DNA of 64,000 nt from contig NC_043000.1 of NCBI RefSeq assembly GCF_006345805.1, positions 155,930,001-155,994,000 on the forward strand, written 5' to 3'. The number at the start of each line of letters is the position of its first letter. Positions within the stretch are counted from its first letter, which is position 1. Shown one piece after another: positions 60,075 to 64,000 of this stretch. The position numbers and the translations under genes were made by a program. The notes beneath the pieces were generated by a model, which saw nothing but the letters and a program-made list of their open reading frames with translations, made no database searches and was not told where the DNA came from. The stretch comes from Octopus sinensis (lineage: Eukaryota).

Positions 60075-61208
60075 GCCCTGATGCAGTACCAGACAGTGGC
60101 TCTCATGGCTTCTGATCTTAACTGATTGGAAGTGTTATCATGTACATTGTTTTGTCTTGGTATAAAAGATGGGCTACAGCTAATATTCTGCTCAATACCA
60201 CAGATTCGCTTGTCACTTGTTTGACCTTAACCAGTTGAGCATGTCCCTTAGTGGCTGACGATATGTGCATCTCTGATCACGAGCAGAAGTAGTGGAGGAG
60301 CATCATAGCCGTGTGTTGAGAGGGATTCTTTGGGGTTTGAATAACTCACCTCTGGAAACATGGGTGTTTCATTCAACATCCTTAAACAATCCTTATTCAG
60401 GGACCTTTTGAGCAGGATGGGTTACTCGACCAGAAGAAAATTCTAACTGGGCCCCACCTGCAAGGTCATGTGCTGTTTATCTTGATATGAGATCACCATG
60501 TCGCGCACATATGGTTGTGATGCATGTGCCTGGTGTACCCTTATCAGACGGGTAGTCATGATGGGTATACTGGGCTTCGTATATTTTACCCCAGTGTCAC
60601 TTTGATGGCATGAACTGCTCTCTCACTCAATAATAATAATATAATAATAATAAATGCCCTGATGCAGTACCAGACAGTGGCTCTCATGGCTTCTGATCTT
60701 AACTGATTGGAAGTGTTATCATGTACATTGTTTTGTCTTGGTATAAAAGATGGGCTACAGCTAATATTCTGCTCAATACCACAGATTCGCTTGTCACTTG
60801 TTTGACCTTAACCAGTTGAGCATGTCCCTTAGTGGCTGACGATATGTGCATCTCTGATCACGAGCAGAAGTAGTGGAGGAGCATCATAGCCGTGTGTTGA
60901 GAGGGATTCTTTGGGGTTTGAATAACTCACCTCTGGAAACATGGGTGTTTCATTCAACATCCTTAAACAATCCTTATTCAGGGACCTTTGAGCAGGATGG
61001 GTTACTCGACCAGAAGAAAATTCTAACTGGGCCCCACCTGCAAGGTCATGTGCTGTTTATCTTGATATGAGATCACCATGTCGCGCACATATGGTTGTGA
61101 TGCATGTGCCTGGTGTACCCTTATCAGACGGGTAGTCATGATGGGTATACTGGGCTTCGTATATTTTACCCCAGTGTCACTTTGATGGCATGAACTGCTC
61201 TCTCACTC
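60071..61208 (+). mobile_element. Two near-identical tandem copies (581-bp period) of a ~560-bp non-coding element bounded by (AAT)n
   Basis: The copies start at 60071 and 60652. The only difference I saw in the bodies is a 1-bp poly-T indel. Related copies lie at 48780-49270 and 63754-64000. Confidence 0.9.
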
Positions 61209-61243
<35 letters not shown>

Positions 61244-61443
61244 GACAAGACGAAGAGCGTGATGCGAATGCATTAGATATTTTATTGGTTGAACAATATT
61301 TTGACAGTCCGTATGTCTTTTACAAGTTCAAAATATGAAATGGAATTAAATTGAAATTAAATTCAAAGATAGGAAACGCTCAAACATTCAAAATTAAACC
61401 GGAATAACTACGTTTCTTTCCAAGTAAAACGACATCATCAGTC

Positions 61444-61995
61444 TGTAGTGGTTAAGTGTGTATGTAAACAAATACGTAAACCGATTCATGATTGAAAGGA
61501 ATTTATTTACAGCGTTTGATTAGTTATAGGTACACTACATACAAATGTAGGCAACTGCTACGAGTTGCTAGAAATACAGAGTACATATTAGGAATGAATA
61601 TGTTTGTGTGTGTGCGTGTTTCATTCGAAACAGTAGTCTATCGGCACTTCGAACATTTCTCTCTGTCTCTGTCGTCTGCCAATAACTTGGGTCGTAGATA
61701 GATCTATCTCGTCTGTCTGCCTGTCTCTCTTGTTTCACCTGGTTTTATAATATTTGTGGCAGCTAGAAAGACAGACATACTGCAGCAGAGTTCGTACCTA
61801 AATAGGTCAGGGCTTGTCCAGTTGAACTTCGCCTGACATGATGAGGTCGCAGGTCAAAGGGAGATGATCAATCAATTTTTGACAGGACAAAGAAAACCTT
61901 TTTTCGCGCCTGTTGATCGTCGTGGTTTGGACGACCGAGAATTCTTGGATTCGGTTTCGAATCTAGGCTTAGAGAAGGAAGTGTTAATTCTTACA
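61444..61995 (-). mobile_element. Solo LTR (552 bp, Gypsy-like)
   Basis: TGTA...TACA termini with a 4-bp TSD AGTC; the empty site is visible in the opposite Penelope arm. The orientation is inferred from a minus-strand AATAAA near 61485. Confidence 0.85.
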
Positions 61996-62582
61996 AGTCT
62001 TTAGTCTTACACAAAAGGTAACAGAAAGAAGGAAAGAAAGAAAAAAAACGTAAAGAAAGAAAAGATTTGGAGAAAAAATTATTCAGAACGATTGCAAAAA
62101 AGATTTAACAGATACAGGAACGATGTCAGGCACAATAACAATGGTTCCACGGAACTTGCGGAACATTTCACATCAAACGGGTGTAAATTTGAGGAGGACC
62201 TGAAGGTGTGCCTTCTCAAAAAACACCCTCATTCCATTGCACTTTCAGTCCTCAAAACCCATGTGGACAGATATATTTGTGAGCTGTTGACATCTAAGCC
62301 TGGAGGAATTAATAAAATGGCAGGTGAATTCCACCATGTTTATACTAAACTTTTTGACTGAATAATATTTTTCTCCAATTCTTTTCTTTCTTTCCTTCCT
62401 TTCGCTACCTTTTGTATAAGCCCAAAGACTGATGACATTGTTTTACTTGGAAAGAAACGTAGTTATTCCGGTTTAATTTTGAATGTTTCAGCGTTTCCTA
62501 TCTTTGAATTTAATTTCATTTCATATTTTGAACTTATAAAAGACACACAGTGTCGAAATATTGTTCACTCAATAAAATATCT

Positions 62583-62890
62583 CTTTTACTCTTTTACTTG
62601 TTTCAGTCATTTAACTGTGGCCATGCTGGAGCACCGCCTTTAGTCGAGCAACTCGATCCCGGGACTTATTCTTTGTAAGCCCAGTACTTATTCTATCGGT
62701 CTCTTTTGCCGAACCGATAAGTTACGGGGATGTAAACACACCAGCATCGGTTGTGAAGCGATGTTGGGAAACAAACACATACACATATATATACATATAT
62801 ACGACGGGCTTCTTTCAGTTTCCGTCTACCAAATCCACTCACAAGGCTTTGGTCGGCCCGAGGCTATAGTAGAAGACACTTGCCCAAGGT
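62583..62890 (-). mobile_element. SINE-A, 5'-truncated, nested in the Penelope right arm
   Basis: Interrupts the inverted-repeat arm. Confidence 0.9.
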
Positions 62891-62963
62891 CGCACTCTTC
62901 GTCTTGTCTATTAACCTTTGTGAAGAGTTACGTCAATCCTTTTAAAATAATGATAATGATAAT

Positions 62964-63648
62964 AACTAGAAAAGCACTCAGAGAGCGCAGACAAGCTTAT
63001 TTTAAGACAGATACGTGAGTAAAATTATTAATAGAGGAATGAAAATAAACTTTGGAAACAGCAACGCCACCCTAGGTTACGTGCAAACGATGAACGTGTT
63101 TTCAAGGGAGATAATCAAAGAATGTAGCATTGTAATACTTCACGTAAAGTAAATATAACAAATGAAAAATCCTTCAAGAATCCATAAAAATTCCCGAATC
63201 ACTACCAAAATTTCATCATCTGTTCCTTGTGTCATTACTGTTCACAACTTTTTGAGTTATTTTGCACACAGACGGACAAACCAACGCCGATGAACACAAC
63301 CTCCTTCCTTGGCGGAGGTAATAACAAGGCAACACCAACGTCCTCTGGACAATTAGTCGATGATTTTTAAAATGAGAATATCTGAAATAAACTCGTCTGC
63401 TCTCACAAACGAGAATACTGAAAATGAACCAGACCACTCTCAAAAATTAAGTTTAAAAAACCGGTAAAGCAATCCAGAATCTTTGTCCGGTACCAGATCC
63501 ATCCCGAAATCTAATCAGTTCGTGCCAGTCCCAATGCCCTGAAAGTTTCATTTGAATCCATCCAGCGGTTCTTGAGATATCTTGTCCACGAACAGACAAA
63601 CAAACACGACTGAAAACAATATCTTCGCTTCCACTAAGGTGGAGGTAA

Positions 63649-63650
<2 letters not shown>
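62964..63650 (+). mobile_element. Two Helentron-associated (HINE/DINE-1-like) elements in tandem
   Basis: aactagaaaagcactcagagagcgcagac start; 3' ends acaga(c/a)...aacctcc...ttggcggaggtaat (about 63323) and ...ggtggaggtaat (about 63650). Confidence 0.65.
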
Positions 63651-63710
<60 letters not shown>

Positions 63711-63750
63711 ATAATAATAATAATAATAACAACAGTAATAATAATGATAA
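63650..63750. repeat. Compound (CAC)(TAC)n(TAA)n microsatellite
   Basis: Direct reading. Confidence 0.95.
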
Positions 63751-63753
63751 AAA

Positions 63754-64000
63754 ATGCCCTGATGCAATACCAGGCACTGGCACTCATGGTATCTGATCTT
63801 AACTGATTGGAAGTGTTATCATGTACATTGTTTTGTCTTGATATGAAAGATGGGCTACAGTAAATATTCTGCTCAATATGCCCTGATGCAGTACCAGGCA
63901 GGGGCTCCCATGGCTTTTGATCTTAACTGATTGGAAGTGTTATCATGTACATTGTTTTGTCTTGGTATGAAAGATGGGCTACAGTAAATATTCTGCTCAA
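63754..64000 (+). mobile_element. 5' part of the AAT-associated element, first 124 bp tandemly duplicated; truncated by the window edge
   Basis: atgccctgatgca at 63754 and 63878, following (TAA)n. Confidence 0.85.

Larger units (their letters stand above)
61243..62910 (+). mobile_element. Penelope-like element: GIY-YIG C-terminal fragment between long inverted pseudo-LTR arms
   Basis: 62092-62361 gives KRFNRYRND...TELAEHF...LKVCLL...ICELLTSKPGGIN. The left arm (61243-61443 plus 61996-62086) is the reverse complement of the right arm (62357-62582 plus 62891-62910). Confidence 0.85.

Noticed and set aside
62425-62475. Second hammerhead (CTGATGA...GAAAC) in the Penelope arms
   Set aside because: The sequence 3' of any NUH triplet cannot pair with the sequence 5' of the core (no stem I), and stem II is non-canonical; at most a degenerate relic.
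1-64000. A novel multi-gene or prokaryote-derived system
   Set aside because: Every long ORF is explained by VPS13B exons, transposon proteins or simple repeats; there is no operon-like or compositionally foreign segment.

Overview
AT-rich, repeat-dense eukaryotic genomic DNA, most likely from an octopus (inferred from the SINE families and microsatellite load). The only host gene I can support is VPS13B (Cohen-syndrome gene ortholog) on the minus strand. I traced 21 coding exons by hand from the ATG at 43889 to the left window edge. All 20 introns are GT-AG and phase-consistent, giving about 1,900 codons, roughly the N-terminal half of the protein. The introns and the ~20 kb upstream are a mosaic of tRNA-derived SINEs (four head types), 5'-truncated LINEs (RTE, CR1, R4/Dong, Tx1/L1), Penelope-like elements, a solo LTR, mariner, piggyBac, hAT, Helitron and Helentron-type elements, and microsatellites. 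There is no CRISPR array, rRNA or true tRNA gene, and nothing prokaryotic. I found no evidence for a new multi-gene system. The best leads are: (1) a SINE family whose 3' tail matches the 3' end of a TSD-flanked Tx1/L1 LINE in the same window; (2) a type I hammerhead ribozyme motif in sense orientation inside a VPS13B intron; (3) a decayed genomic duplicate of part of a VPS13B exon; (4) a SINE orientation bias that a built-in cryptic exon could explain. Repeat boundaries without a stated TSD are approximate (about +/-10-20 bp). All family names come from my recall of known motifs, not from database searches.
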